A stretch of 64,000 nt of DNA from Candidatus Nomurabacteria bacterium (GCA_023898525.1 CP060227.1:823662-887661), one strand, 5' to 3'. Counted from the first letter of the stretch, positions 27,605-37,200 are shown. A program made the numbers and translations. Notes: generated from the sequence alone by a model not told the origin.

Positions 27605-29272
27605 ATGTCTAAGACTAGAACCAGTAAAAAGCGCAAAGCGTCTAATGCTAAATATATTTTCGTAGTCGGTGGGGTAATGAGTGGGGTAGGTAAAGGTGTT
27701 ACTTCCTCTTCTATTGCCAATCTTTTGCAGGCGCGCGGTTTGACGGTAACTGCGATGAAAATCGACCCTTATATAAACGTCGATGCTGGTACTATGAATC
27801 CTACCGAACACGGCGAGGTGTTTGTCCTCAAGGATGGTTTGGAGACTGACCAAGACATGGGTAATTACGAGCGCTTTTTAAACCAAGATTTACCGTCTAT
27901 CAACTACATGACTACTGGAAGTGTGTATCTGTCTGTAATTGAAAAGGAGCGAAACCTTGGCTATGAGGGAAGGAACGTGCAGGTGGTGCCCGATATTCCG
28001 CTTGAGGTTATTTCAAGGATTAAAAAAGCTAGAGAGAAAGCTGGAGCCGATGTGGTGATAATAGAAGTGGGTGGCACAATCGGTGAGTACGAAAACATTC
28101 TTTTCTTGGAAGCGATTCGTATGATGCGAAGTGAGCAACCGGATGATGTGGCGGTGGTAATGGTGAGTTATTTGCCGGTACCGGGTAGTATTGGTGAGAT
28201 GAAGACCAAGCCGACCCAGCACGCGGCCAGAACCTTAGGTAGTGCTGGGGTGTTTGCTGATATGATTATTGCTCGGAGCCCGGTCGATATAGACGAGAAG
28301 CGGAAAGTAAAGATAGCGACTTTCTGTGGAGTGAAAAAAGAGAATGTTATCTCTGCTCCTGATGTAAATAGTATTTACGATATCCCACTCAACTTCGAAG
28401 CTGATCATTTTTCAGAAAAATTATGCCGAATTCTAAAGTTACCACTCAAGAAATCAGCTGACCTTTCGGCTTGGAAACGTTTTGTAGCTAAGTCTAAAAA
28501 GGGTACCGATAAGGTCAAAATAGCAGTGATCGGTAAGTACTTCCAGTCAGGAGACTTTGTCTTATCTGACGTTTATTTGTCGGTCCTTGAGGCGATAAAA
28601 TATTCAGCCTATGCTCAAGGTCTTATTCCTGAGATTACCTATCTATCGGCCGGGGACTTTGAAGATAAAAATAAGCTAAAACAACTTAAGAATTTTTCAG
28701 GAATTTTGGTCCCGGGCGGTTTTGGCTCGACCGGAATCGATGGTAAGTTAAAAGTGATTGAGTATGTACGTAAGAATAGGATACCGTACTTCGGTATTTG
28801 TTATGGTATGCAGTTGGCGGTCCTTGAGTATGCTAAAAATGTTCTAAGATTAGAAGATGCCAGTACGGCAGAGATCAACCCTAAGGCCAAACACTTGGTG
28901 GTAGATATTATGTCTGAACAGCGAGAAAATATTGCTACTGGTAATATGGGTGGTACTATGCGTCTGGGTGAGTATGAAGCGGTCATCAAGAAAGGTACTC
29001 ATGCTTATAAAGCCTACAAGAGCTCAAGCGTAATAGAGCGCCATCGTCACCGCTACGAGATTAACGAGGAGCATATTGCTAAGCTCGAAGACAAGGGAAT
29101 AATTTTCTCTGGCACTTCACCGGACTGTAGATTGATGGAGATTATGGAACTGCCAGCTAGTGCGCATCCTTTCTTTATGGGGGTACAGTTTCACCCTGAG
29201 TTGATCGCCCGACCACTGAGACCACACCCACTTTTCACGGCTTTTGTTAAAGCGGCTTACGAGGCTAAGTAG
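27605..29272 (+). CDS. pyrG: CTP synthase PyrG
   Basis: N-terminal YIFVVGGVMSGVGKG. Glutamine amidotransferase triad region GICYGMQ...HRHRYE. Confidence 0.9.
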   Translation: MSKTRTSKKRKASNAKYIFVVGGVMSGVGKGVTSSSIANLLQARGLTVTAMKIDPYINVDAGTMNPTEHGEVFVLKDGLETDQDMGNYERFLNQDLPSINYMTTGSVYLSVIEKERNLGYEGRNVQVVPDIPLEVISRIKKAREKAGADVVIIEVGGTIGEYENILFLEAIRMMRSEQPDDVAVVMVSYLPVPGSIGEMKTKPTQHAARTLGSAGVFADMIIARSPVDIDEKRKVKIATFCGVKKENVISAPDVNSIYDIPLNFEADHFSEKLCRILKLPLKKSADLSAWKRFVAKSKKGTDKVKIAVIGKYFQSGDFVLSDVYLSVLEAIKYSAYAQGLIPEITYLSAGDFEDKNKLKQLKNFSGILVPGGFGSTGIDGKLKVIEYVRKNRIPYFGICYGMQLAVLEYAKNVLRLEDASTAEINPKAKHLVVDIMSEQRENIATGNMGGTMRLGEYEAVIKKGTHAYKAYKSSSVIERHRHRYEINEEHIAKLEDKGIIFSGTSPDCRLMEIMELPASAHPFFMGVQFHPELIARPLRPHPLFTAFVKAAYEAK

Positions 29273-29281
29273 TTATTAATT

Positions 29282-29707
29282 ATGGCAAGTTGGGCGGTCT
29301 ATGCACTATTGGCGGCTTTCTTTGCTTCACTAGTAGCAATTTTTGGTAAGCTGGGCGTAAAGGATGTTGATAGTAACTTAGCGGTGGCAATTCGGACTGT
29401 CATTATTTTGTTTTTTGCTTGGGGGATTGTCTTGTTGCAGGGTAATGCGGGAGATATGTTCAAGATTTCCAAATACTCCATGACTTTTATTGTGCTCTCC
29501 GCTTTGGCGACTGGTGCTTCATGGATGTTCTACTATAAGGCCTTGCAACTCGGCGAGGTATCTAAGGTGGCACCGATTGATAAGTTTAGTATTGCGCTGA
29601 CTATTCTTATGGCATTTATCATACTGGGTGAGAAGCCAACTTTTGGTACGGTACTCGGTGGGCTTTTGGTAACAGCCGGGGTGTTTGTCACAATTTATGT
29701 GAAGTAG
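29282..29707 (+). CDS. EamA-like small membrane transporter (DMT superfamily, 4 TM)
   Basis: 141 aa with four hydrophobic helices and an EamA-like pattern. Confidence 0.55.
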   Translation: MASWAVYALLAAFFASLVAIFGKLGVKDVDSNLAVAIRTVIILFFAWGIVLLQGNAGDMFKISKYSMTFIVLSALATGASWMFYYKALQLGEVSKVAPIDKFSIALTILMAFIILGEKPTFGTVLGGLLVTAGVFVTIYVK

Positions 29708-29744
29708 ACATAAAATCAATCAAAACAAAAAATAACAGAGGTGC

Positions 29745-29797
29745 GACCTTAAGGAGGAGCTTGTGACGGAAAAGGTTGTTCCTTGGTTATTGTTTTA
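29745..29797 (+). repeat. Conserved about 54-nt element, copy 2 (copy 1 lies at 10392-10445)
   Basis: gaccttaaggaggagcttgtgacggaaaaggttgttccttggttattgtttta. Confidence 0.5.
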
Positions 29798-29869
29798 TAC
29801 CTAATAAGTTGGTGATGAATTAAGATGATTTCTTTACTTCAAATTTGTCTTTAAATATGGTAGATTTAT

Positions 29870-29894
29870 GACGCGCGGCCAAAGGCCGCGCGTC
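29870..29894 (+). other. GC-rich stem-loop without a U-tract
   Basis: GACGCGCGGCCAAAGGCCGCGCGTC. Confidence 0.5.
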
Positions 29895-29909
29895 TACTAA
29901 AACAAAAAT

Positions 29910-29931
29910 TGCCGGATCGTCTAATGGTAAG
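29910..29931 (+). other. Partial duplicate of the 5' 22 nt of tRNA-Gln
   Basis: TGCCGGATCGTCTAATGGTAAG versus the tRNA 5' end TGCCAGATCGTCTAATGGTAGG. Confidence 0.5.
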
Positions 29932-29997
29932 CAGAGCTTTCTTTCATCATTCGCTCGGACACAGAAGAGGTATTTTGTACAAATTTATATTCACCGC

Positions 29998-30068
29998 TGC
30001 CAGATCGTCTAATGGTAGGACTCCAGGTTTTGGTCCTGGCTATCTAGGTTCGAGTCCTAGTCTGGCAG
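29998..30068 (+). tRNA. tRNA-Gln (anticodon TTG)
   Basis: TGCCAGA-TC-GTCT-AATGGTA-GGAC-T-CCAGG-TTTTGGT-CCTGG-CTAT-CTAGG-TTCGAGT-CCTAG-TCTGGCA-G. U1-A72 and G73 are Gln-type. Confidence 0.8.
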
Positions 30069-30125
30069 CGGTGGATGGAAATACAAAATACCTCTTTTGT
30101 GTCTCTCGCTCATTCGAAAGTAGGT

Positions 30126-30304
30126 AAAACAATCTGGGAGATTGTTTTACGGGTTTTGCACCACAAGGGTATTTCTATTTTAATAGTCGTTTCACTCATT
30201 TAAAATAAGTCCACCACAAGGGTATTTCTATTTTCATGGTCGCTATCGCTTTCTGAAAATTAGGTCGTCCATGGTATTTAGGCTGAGACAGTCTGGGAGA
30301 CTGT
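30126..30304 (+). repeat. Structured repeat region downstream of tRNA-Gln: two 31-nt direct repeats plus twin CTGGGAG-loop hairpins
   Basis: DR CACCACAAGGGTATTTCTATTTT(A/C)AT(A/G)GTCG at 30159-30189 and 30212-30242. Hairpins AAAACAATCTGGGAGATTGTTTT (30126-30148) and ACAGTCTGGGAGACTGT (30288-30304), with an A-T to G-C change that keeps the stem paired. Confidence 0.5.
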
Positions 30305-30418
30305 TGAAGAAGGTTGTCTAGTATTTTATGACAAAAAAAGGAAATAAAATACTGACAAACCAGTCTGTACTGATGCTGTAAGGATCGGGTCTTATTCAGA
30401 CAGTCAATTAGTGATAGT

Positions 30419-30928
30419 ATGAGATACTTTATGAGAAAAATTTTTGAAAAACTTAAAAATGCATACAACTCATTAGCTTCAAAATTGAAAAATAAGGGTG
30501 AAGATTCAAATTTCAGAGGTTCAGATCATCTGTTTAATTCAGGTGATATTTTTACAGCCAAAAATGATGAGCTAATGGATGCTTTAAGAGAGTTAGGGAT
30601 AGGGCATGTTCCCAATGATATAGTCAGGCATCGACAAATAATTCGAGCGCTTACTATTGATAGCATTATCAATAGAAGGCATGTGGAGGCTCTCGAAAAG
30701 AAAAATACACAGCTGGCAGCCTTCAATATCATTCTTTCTATCGCGGTAATCCTTTTAACTGCTTGGGGACTTTTTATTTCACCACAAGCAAAGGTAGCCC
30801 AAAATGAAGTTGATAATTTTCAGCGTCAAGCACAGTCTTTTTGTGAAAATAATCCAAGAGGTTATTGGTCAATGTTGGGAGGGGGAGAAAAGGGTTGTGT
30901 TGAGATACTAGAAATGCTTGCTGAATAG
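30419..30928 (+). CDS. Hypothetical protein with a C-terminal TM helix
   Basis: 169-aa ORF. Confidence 0.45.
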   Translation: MRYFMRKIFEKLKNAYNSLASKLKNKGEDSNFRGSDHLFNSGDIFTAKNDELMDALRELGIGHVPNDIVRHRQIIRALTIDSIINRRHVEALEKKNTQLAAFNIILSIAVILLTAWGLFISPQAKVAQNEVDNFQRQAQSFCENNPRGYWSMLGGGEKGCVEILEMLAE

Positions 30929-31036
30929 CTCGCGATAGTGACCAAGTCCTAGTTTTTGTTTAATACTAGGGGTAAAATATATTGGTGATCGACGGGACTA
31001 GTCTAAGTTTAGAGAACAATTAATATTTCTGTAAAA

Positions 31037-31663
31037 GTGGCAATAATGCATGTTATGGTAAATAGTATAGAAATTAAAGACGTGAAATATTTTCTGGCTA
31101 ATTTAATGGTAGTATTTATTGTGTTTATGGTACCTATAGCCTTTGCGTATGGGCTAAAAAAACAGGTGGATATATACGGGTTTTCTCCGATTGAAGAATC
31201 TGGTGATGTGTTAATAAAACATATTAAGGAACACTTTTGGGTATTTTCAATACTTAACATTGCTGAGGATTTTCCTTATTATAAAATTACGCCAAATGTA
31301 GACAGTGTTAGTCATGCTGTTGAGTATCTATCCTTAGACGGGGAAATTGTAGCGTATATCACATTTGATTCATTGAGTTGTTTGGTAAATGACACATATT
31401 CTGCAGAGGAGCTTTTTGGAATTGGTGATGATGTTGATTGGACAGATTGTGAATACGTAAAAAATTTTGGTTTCGCTCAAATAACCACTGATGAATATAA
31501 ACCAAAGATAAATATCACCATAGGAGGTTTAGGGTTTATAATCATATTATTCGCTTTTTTTGTTACTTGGAATAGTTTAATACTGCTTGCTGTCGGTTCT
31601 TTAAAAGCGGTAAAGTCAATAGTTAATCGTGTGTTTGATTGGATTTTAACTACGAAATATTAA
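31037..31663 (+). CDS. Hypothetical membrane protein
   Basis: 208 aa with an N-terminal TM helix and C-terminal TM helices. Confidence 0.45.
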   Translation: MAIMHVMVNSIEIKDVKYFLANLMVVFIVFMVPIAFAYGLKKQVDIYGFSPIEESGDVLIKHIKEHFWVFSILNIAEDFPYYKITPNVDSVSHAVEYLSLDGEIVAYITFDSLSCLVNDTYSAEELFGIGDDVDWTDCEYVKNFGFAQITTDEYKPKINITIGGLGFIIILFAFFVTWNSLILLAVGSLKAVKSIVNRVFDWILTTKY

Positions 31664-31877
31664 CCATGAGATGTACCTTTTGTAGCAATACAATAGAAGT
31701 TGAGTTGTATACAGGTGATGTTGCTCATAAAAAATGTCAAACTAAAAATATGGTCACAGATAAATAGGGATAACTGGGGTCAGTATCCATTTCCAACCAA
31801 CATCCTCCCAATTAACACAACCACCCATGCACCACCACATGAAACTACAACCAGACATGTTTAGATTCCATCTTTAC

Positions 31878-32420
31878 CCCGCATGCTTGTCATCGGGGGA
31901 AACATTGTCATACTAAACAGTAATGAAAGGTAAACCACAACATATCAAAAAACCACACAACAAAACTCTGTTCATCTATCATCTGGTATGCCCAGTAAAA
32001 TACAGAAGAGATGTATTTACACCACCAATATCAAAAACATTTAAAAACTTATGTTTGGAATTTGGTCCAGCTTACGAGATATACTTTCTTGAAATAGGAA
32101 TAGACGAAGATCATGTACACTTTTTAATACAAACAATTCCAAACATACGTTTCTCTGATACGGTAAAGAAAATAAAAAGCATCACCTCCAATCATCTCTT
32201 TAAAATCCACCCTGAACTAAAAATAAAACTCTGGGGAGGAAAGTTCTGGACTGAAGGTTATTATGCAAATACAGTGGGTAATGCCAGTATGGATATTATT
32301 ACCAATTACGTTAAAAACCAAGGTTATCCCGAATACCAACAGCTACACTCCGCACCAGTTCAGACTTCACTGTTTACTACCTAGTCCAACGCCGATACCC
32401 CGTATGCTTGTCATCGGGGT
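31878..32420 (+). mobile_element. IS200/IS605-family insertion sequence (543 bp) with subterminal hairpins, inserted 3' of TTAC
   Basis: Left hairpin CCCCGCATGCTTGTCATCGGGG (31877-31898). Right hairpin CCCCGTATGCTTGTCATCGGGG (32398-32419). It carries a Y1 tnpA gene. The flanking sequence is ...CTTTAC|. Confidence 0.7.
31923..32384 (+). CDS. IS200/IS605 family transposase TnpA (Y1 HUH)
   Basis: HUH motif DHVHFLIQ. Catalytic Tyr region GYYANTVG. 153 aa. Confidence 0.85.
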   Translation: MKGKPQHIKKPHNKTLFIYHLVCPVKYRRDVFTPPISKTFKNLCLEFGPAYEIYFLEIGIDEDHVHFLIQTIPNIRFSDTVKKIKSITSNHLFKIHPELKIKLWGGKFWTEGYYANTVGNASMDIITNYVKNQGYPEYQQLHSAPVQTSLFTT

Positions 32421-32885
32421 AGTTCATTAGTTTGTTCTGGAACCGAGAAAATTGAAATTCGTTTGCTTGATGAAAAGCGTCAGCAAATTTCCGTGGGTGA
32501 CACTATCACTTTTACAAACGCAGATGAAAAGTCGGACACTGTTTTGGTAAGGGTGGTTGATTTGGTTAGATTCGATACCTTCAAAGATTTGTGTGAAGCT
32601 CATGACCCGATTCTCTATGGGTCTAAAAATACAGAAGAATACCATTTGATGTACAAATACTATTCTGAAGCAGAAGAACAAAAGTATGGTGTACTGGCAA
32701 TACATTTGCAAATAATTTAATACGTGCCGCTAATAATTGTAATTTTGTTATACTAAAACCATGAACAAAGCCGAGAATTCTGGGGTAAGCACGCTCTGGT
32801 ATGGGGGAATCAAGAGATTATCTTTGGTACTGAGACTAGTAACTGTCCGTGGCAATGATTGCTGTAAATATTTCTTTGAGGTTAT

Positions 32886-32910
32886 AAAAAAACGGGCGCG
32901 GCCCGTTTTT
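32886..32910. terminator. Bidirectional rho-independent terminator between convergent genes
   Basis: AAAAAAACGGGCGCGGCCCGTTTTT. Confidence 0.7.
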
Positions 32911-32914
32911 CTAG

Positions 32915-33484
32915 TTACATAATATTAACATTAACTATACACGAATTGTAGTCAGTAATATCATGTGGTGATGATTTGGCTAATCCTTCGCCTGTTAATG
33001 GAAAAACCCATAAATTTTTGGTGCCGATCTTGTCAGCAATACTTATTAAATAAGCAATAGCCGGAATAGTGTCATTTACTGACCAGAAAGAACTGTCTTC
33101 ACCTATCCTGTCAACGTGTTCTAAAAATTCGTTTAACGATAGAGCGATCGGTCTATGTCTTCTCTTAAGAGCCTGTTCCTTCTTTGCGTAATTGTGTATC
33201 CAAGAAGATAATTCACTTTTAACTAATCTAAGATGTCTACTGGTTGATTTTTTGAAAATACCTTCAACTATTTTTACTCTTACATAAGTTTCTAAGCCAG
33301 ATAGTTTAGGATCAGAAAACATCTTTTCATACCACATAGCTTTATCAGACTGAGGGCTATGATAAATGCCGTGAGTATCAGTGAAATTATAAAATATAGT
33401 TTTTACTTCCAATCGAGGCACTCCCTCTTCACCTGGACACATGAACTCTGGACCCAGCAAAACCAAGTCAATAGTCGCTGTCAT
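32915..33484 (-). CDS. Hypothetical protein (189 aa)
   Basis: ORF only; no recognisable motif. Confidence 0.45.
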   Translation of the reverse strand: MTATIDLVLLGPEFMCPGEEGVPRLEVKTIFYNFTDTHGIYHSPQSDKAMWYEKMFSDPKLSGLETYVRVKIVEGIFKKSTSRHLRLVKSELSSWIHNYAKKEQALKRRHRPIALSLNEFLEHVDRIGEDSSFWSVNDTIPAIAYLISIADKIGTKNLWVFPLTGEGLAKSSPHDITDYNSCIVNVNIM

Positions 33485-33536
33485 GTTTTTTCTCCTGTAA
33501 AAAAGTCTGCCCGTAGTCTATGCTTGTGGTGTCGTT

Positions 33537-34073
33537 TTGTCAAAAAGTGATAGATATTATATGCTAATAAAAATAATAACCTTTATGAACGAAATTGATT
33601 GGAATCAAAAATTGAAAGAAGCGCTTGATCGAACTGAGTTTATGGCGATCTCAACTATTTTTGAGGGTGAGACGTGGACGAATCCGGTGGCCTTTGCTTA
33701 CGATGAGAAGATAAATCTATATTTCATTTCAAAGATGGCTAGCCGCCATAGTGAAAATATCCTCAAGAATCCAAAGGTGTCAGTGGCGGTCTACAAGACC
33801 GAACGTTTTGTATCCGGTGATGTCTTGGGGTTACAAATAAAAGGCGAGGCTAAACATCTAACAGATAAGGAAGAAATCAAAGCCGCTGCCGCTTACTATT
33901 TTGAACGAGGTCATGGTAATGATGAGTTTAGAAATAAAACAGCCGAAAGAGCTGGAGCTGAAGCTCCGTGGCAATTTTTTAAAGTAACGCCGATTGAAGT
34001 CTGGTGTTTTGATTCGAGAGAGTTTGGTAGTGAGAGAAAACTGACTCCGCTCGATATTATTGAATTGGGCTAA
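33537..34073 (+). CDS. Pyridoxamine 5'-phosphate oxidase-like FMN-binding split-barrel protein (general stress protein 26-like)
   Basis: Pattern MAISTI...GETWTNPVAFAYDEK.NLYFIS...S.H..NI..NPKVSV. Confidence 0.6.
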   Translation: MSKSDRYYMLIKIITFMNEIDWNQKLKEALDRTEFMAISTIFEGETWTNPVAFAYDEKINLYFISKMASRHSENILKNPKVSVAVYKTERFVSGDVLGLQIKGEAKHLTDKEEIKAAAAYYFERGHGNDEFRNKTAERAGAEAPWQFFKVTPIEVWCFDSREFGSERKLTPLDIIELG

Positions 34074-34114
34074 ATGGTGTTTTTATAGGGTTATTAAAAA
34101 GCAACACCTACTTT

Positions 34115-34612
34115 TTAGTTTGTCTTAGTTTTAGATCTCCTTTTAACATACTTATATTCGCGCCAGGTGAGCCAGACGACAAATATATCAAAGACGGTGA
34201 GTAGGATAAGAAAAACTGAGTGGGTGTGAGTGTAGCGATAAATTTGGTAAAAGATAAAAGTGGTAAAGACGATCATGGCAGAAGGGAAAGCCCACAGCTG
34301 TTCGCGAAGCAAACCAACGGCCAAGAGGAGTTTTGTGACCCCGTGGCTAAGGAGATAGATTGCCGCAAAAAGTTGAAAATCAGCAGCCAGGGAAGGGGTA
34401 TGGTTTAGAATAAAGTTGGCTAAAATATCACTAGGGTCTTCAATTAATTCTGATTGTATCAATTGCTTGATCAGGTCGGAGGTTGCTCCGTGGAATAAAA
34501 AAAGTATACCACCGATAATTTCCAGTATACCGTTTAGAGCTTTCAAAAAAACACTCCAGATGAATATCAGGTGAATGCGCTTTTCTTTCTCGACAGGATT
34601 TAGGTTAGACAT
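34115..34612 (-). CDS. Hypothetical 4-TM membrane protein (DUF2127-like)
   Basis: 165 aa, hydrophobic. Confidence 0.45.
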   Translation of the reverse strand: MSNLNPVEKEKRIHLIFIWSVFLKALNGILEIIGGILFLFHGATSDLIKQLIQSELIEDPSDILANFILNHTPSLAADFQLFAAIYLLSHGVTKLLLAVGLLREQLWAFPSAMIVFTTFIFYQIYRYTHTHSVFLILLTVFDIFVVWLTWREYKYVKRRSKTKTN

Positions 34613-34684
34613 GTGGTAAGTATACGATATGTCTTACGTTATGAACAATTGTTCGGTAAGTGATTTTTTGAGACAATTATAATT

Positions 34685-34987
34685 ATGTCGAAAGGGGTAT
34701 ACGAACTAAAATCAAAGATACTGGTTTATCCAGGTATGTCGGGGTGGCGGTTTTTGGTTTTACCAAAAAAAGAAAGTGTAGAAATAAAAGAAAAGTTTGG
34801 AAAGCAAGCGAGGGGATGGGGTTCGCTGCCGGTATCAGTCACGGTAGGGAAAACGACCTGGGAAACCTCTATTTTTCCAGATCGTAAGTCAGGGACTTAT
34901 ATTTTGCCGCTTAAGGCAAAGATCAGAAAAGCGGAGGAGATATATGATGATGATACAGTGCGGTATGTGATGGAAATTAGTATTTAA
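34685..34987 (+). CDS. DUF1905 domain protein
   Basis: Pattern ILVYPGMSGWRFLVLP...GWGSLPVSVTVGKTTWETSIFP. Confidence 0.55.
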   Translation: MSKGVYELKSKILVYPGMSGWRFLVLPKKESVEIKEKFGKQARGWGSLPVSVTVGKTTWETSIFPDRKSGTYILPLKAKIRKAEEIYDDDTVRYVMEISI

Positions 34988-35110
34988 CTAAAATATAAAA
35001 CTTGTAATCTTAATAAAGTAAAAAAGATATTTAGATAGAGGAAATAAGACTCCACAAAAAAACAGCAAGCGGCTTTTTCTTTATTTTAACAAAGCATCAG
35101 TACTATAAAC

Positions 35111-35596
35111 TTGATATACTTTATCTATATGAAAACCCGACCAAAATTTATACCAAAACCAGGACAGGTAGATTTCACTAATATTAGGTGGGCGCCGGTT
35201 GTTAATTGTGTAGTTGAATATGAGGGTAGTTTTTTGCTGGTAAAAAGAAGTCAGGAGTTGAGACTTTATCCAAATTTTTGGAACGGCATTTCAGGATTTT
35301 TGGATGACGATCAGTGTCTGGAAGAAAAGGTAAGGAATGAAATAAAAGAAGAATTGGGACTGGATGAAAATGATGTTTTAGAAATAAGATTGGGTCAGAT
35401 TTTTGATCAAGATGAGCCAAAATATAAAAAGACTTGGATAGTACATCCGGTTCATGTGAAGGTTAAGACAGATAAAATAACTTTGGATTGGGAGGCGGCA
35501 AACTACAAATGGCTTGAGTTTAGTGAAATTAAAGATCTAGATTTATTACCGGGATTTGATTTGGTACTGAAGTCGCTTTTTCCTGAGTCGTACTAA
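35111..35596 (+). CDS. NUDIX hydrolase
   Basis: Nudix box GISGFLDDDQCLEEKVRNEIKEELGL. Confidence 0.7.
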   Translation: MIYFIYMKTRPKFIPKPGQVDFTNIRWAPVVNCVVEYEGSFLLVKRSQELRLYPNFWNGISGFLDDDQCLEEKVRNEIKEELGLDENDVLEIRLGQIFDQDEPKYKKTWIVHPVHVKVKTDKITLDWEAANYKWLEFSEIKDLDLLPGFDLVLKSLFPESY

Positions 35597-35696
35597 GATT
35601 ATAGATGGCTTGTGGCTGTGTGCAGGTTGACATATTGTTACTAGTATGTTATTAGTTAGTGACACCGACGTGGTGTATTTTAAAGGAGGAAGTAGG

Positions 35697-36101
35697 ATGT
35701 CTGCATTACGAGAAGCACTACAGCAAAAAGGTTTTTCGGCCAGTGACGCACAACTTCGTGAAATAGAGGAAGCTAAGGCGGTTGAAATTATGAAAGAGCA
35801 AGATGCTCAGCTTAAGGCCGGCAGATTTGAGGTTCAGAAAAAAGAAATTCTGGACAACTTAAATTCAACAAGTTCTATTAAAAAATTCCGTTCCTTAAGC
35901 CGTAAGTTATTGCTCATGAGTCCAGATTTGGTAGGAGACGTGGTTAAAATTGCTCACCAGAGAGGGGTCAAGAGACAGCCTAAGCAAGGCGGTACAGCTC
36001 TAATCGCACAATTGCTCGAGATACGAGAATTATTGCAAAAAAGGGATCTCACTGAAGCTGAGAAGACACGTATTGTTGATCGTACTCTCACAAAGAATTA
36101 A
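35697..36101 (+). CDS. Hypothetical protein
   Basis: Start set at the ATG after SD AAAGGAGGAAG. The track start 35646 lies upstream. Confidence 0.4.
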   Translation: MSALREALQQKGFSASDAQLREIEEAKAVEIMKEQDAQLKAGRFEVQKKEILDNLNSTSSIKKFRSLSRKLLLMSPDLVGDVVKIAHQRGVKRQPKQGGTALIAQLLEIRELLQKRDLTEAEKTRIVDRTLTKN

Positions 36102-36155
36102 TTGGAGGCTTACTGTGAATTACATAGGAGTAGCTCTCAAAATACCAATATGACC

Positions 36156-36190
36156 AAACGCCAACCGACAAAGTTGGCGTTTTTTATTTT
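36156..36190 (+). terminator. Rho-independent terminator
   Basis: AAACGCCAACCGACAAAGTTGGCGTTTTTTATTTT. Confidence 0.7.
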
Positions 36191-36282
36191 TATAAAACAA
36201 AATCGAGATATAGCAATCTTTTATTGCTACGGGAGTGGGGTATCATAGAGGCATTAACGTCCAGTTTTAAAGTAAATACCGT

Positions 36283-36726
36283 ATGTCAAAAAAGAAAAAA
36301 CACAAAAAGAATAAGAACCTGTACTCACAGCCTGTTCAGGTTACCAACGAATCAGTTCAAGCTACTGCGTCTGATAATAATAGTGCCGAGCAAAAACTCC
36401 TAACGGCTGATGAGGGGTTTGATAAATTAGAGAACAAGCCGGTGGATTTGCTTGGTGGTAGCGGTTCTGTGGCAGAAGAAAATAAGACTGAATCAAGTAC
36501 CGAGAACGAAACATCTACCATTGAGATGGAATTTAAGACTGAGGCAATAGCTAGTACTAATGAGGATAAAACCTCTGAACCAAAATCAGATTTGGTAGAG
36601 GTAATCAGTTCACCGACAGAATCAAAAATGGCAGATAATGAAACTGAGGATCAGACTACTAGTAACTTTGTGCCTTTTTGGATTGGTATTATTGTCGGCG
36701 CGATATTAATGTACCTATTTTTGTAG
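36283..36726 (+). CDS. Acidic low-complexity protein with a C-terminal TM anchor
   Basis: Lys-rich N-terminus, E/T/S-rich body, C-terminal FWIGIIVGAILMYLFL. Confidence 0.45.
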   Translation: MSKKKKHKKNKNLYSQPVQVTNESVQATASDNNSAEQKLLTADEGFDKLENKPVDLLGGSGSVAEENKTESSTENETSTIEMEFKTEAIASTNEDKTSEPKSDLVEVISSPTESKMADNETEDQTTSNFVPFWIGIIVGAILMYLFL

Positions 36727-36761
36727 AATCACAGTGTTAGAGTGGTGTTTTTCTGCTATAC

Positions 36762-36793
36762 AAAAACCGGAAGCTTTAGCTTCCGGTTTTTGT
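36762..36793. terminator. Bidirectional terminator between convergent genes
   Basis: AAAAACCGGAAGCTTTAGCTTCCGGTTTTT. Confidence 0.7.
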
Positions 36794-36801
36794 TTGTAAG
36801 T

Positions 36802-37200
36802 CTATCCAGACTTACTCTTTTTGAAACAATCAAGACATTTTAAGTTGCTGGTATCACGCGGATTGAAGGGGAGTGACGTGATAATAGCTCCGCAGCCGGC
36901 ACATTCCCATTCACCTGAAAACCTAGGACGTTCACTGCTGGCTGGTACCATATCCGGAGCAAAGTCCTCGTGTGGAGGCGGTTCGGTAGCTACTTCTGCG
37001 TAATCTGGTATATCGTCATGCGGAGGCGGTTCTGAGATGTTGGGTGTTTCTGATATTTCTGGTGCTCGCTGGTCTTTGTCTTTACTTTTTTGTTTGGCGT
37101 AACAGGTGCGACAAGTCAGGCCTGATTCGCTTCTTGGTACAAACGGTAGTTCGGTTATTGGTCCACCGCAAGTACTACATTTCCAATTTCCTTGATGCAT
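36802..37200 (-). CDS. Tandem zinc-ribbon protein
   Basis: Two copies of CxxCGxxIT.LPF.PR...C..C (CSTCGGPITELPFVPR...CRTCYAK and CAGCGAIITSLPFNPR...CLDCFKK). Confidence 0.5.
   Translation of the reverse strand: MHQGNWKCSTCGGPITELPFVPRSESGLTCRTCYAKQKSKDKDQRAPEISETPNISEPPPHDDIPDYAEVATEPPPHEDFAPDMVPASSERPRFSGEWECAGCGAIITSLPFNPRDTSNLKCLDCFKKSKSG

Larger units (their letters stand above)
31839..32720 (+). pseudogene. ASCH-domain (YqfB-like, PUA fold) gene split by the IS200/IS605 insertion
   Basis: The N-terminal 13 codons (MKLQPDMFRFHLY) at 31839-31877 join in frame across the IS to SSLVCSGTEKIEIRLLDEKRQQISVGDTITF... (32421-32720). The residual ORF begins at a TTG at 32463. Confidence 0.6.

Noticed and set aside
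29909-30127. 72-aa plus-strand ORF covering tRNA-Gln.
   Set aside because: It is completely overlapped by a well-formed tRNA and its flanking inverted repeats.
30159-30242. Two 31-nt direct repeats as a possible CRISPR array.
   Set aside because: Only two copies occur. The repeats are not palindromic. The 22-nt spacer is shorter than the repeat. No cas genes are present in the window.
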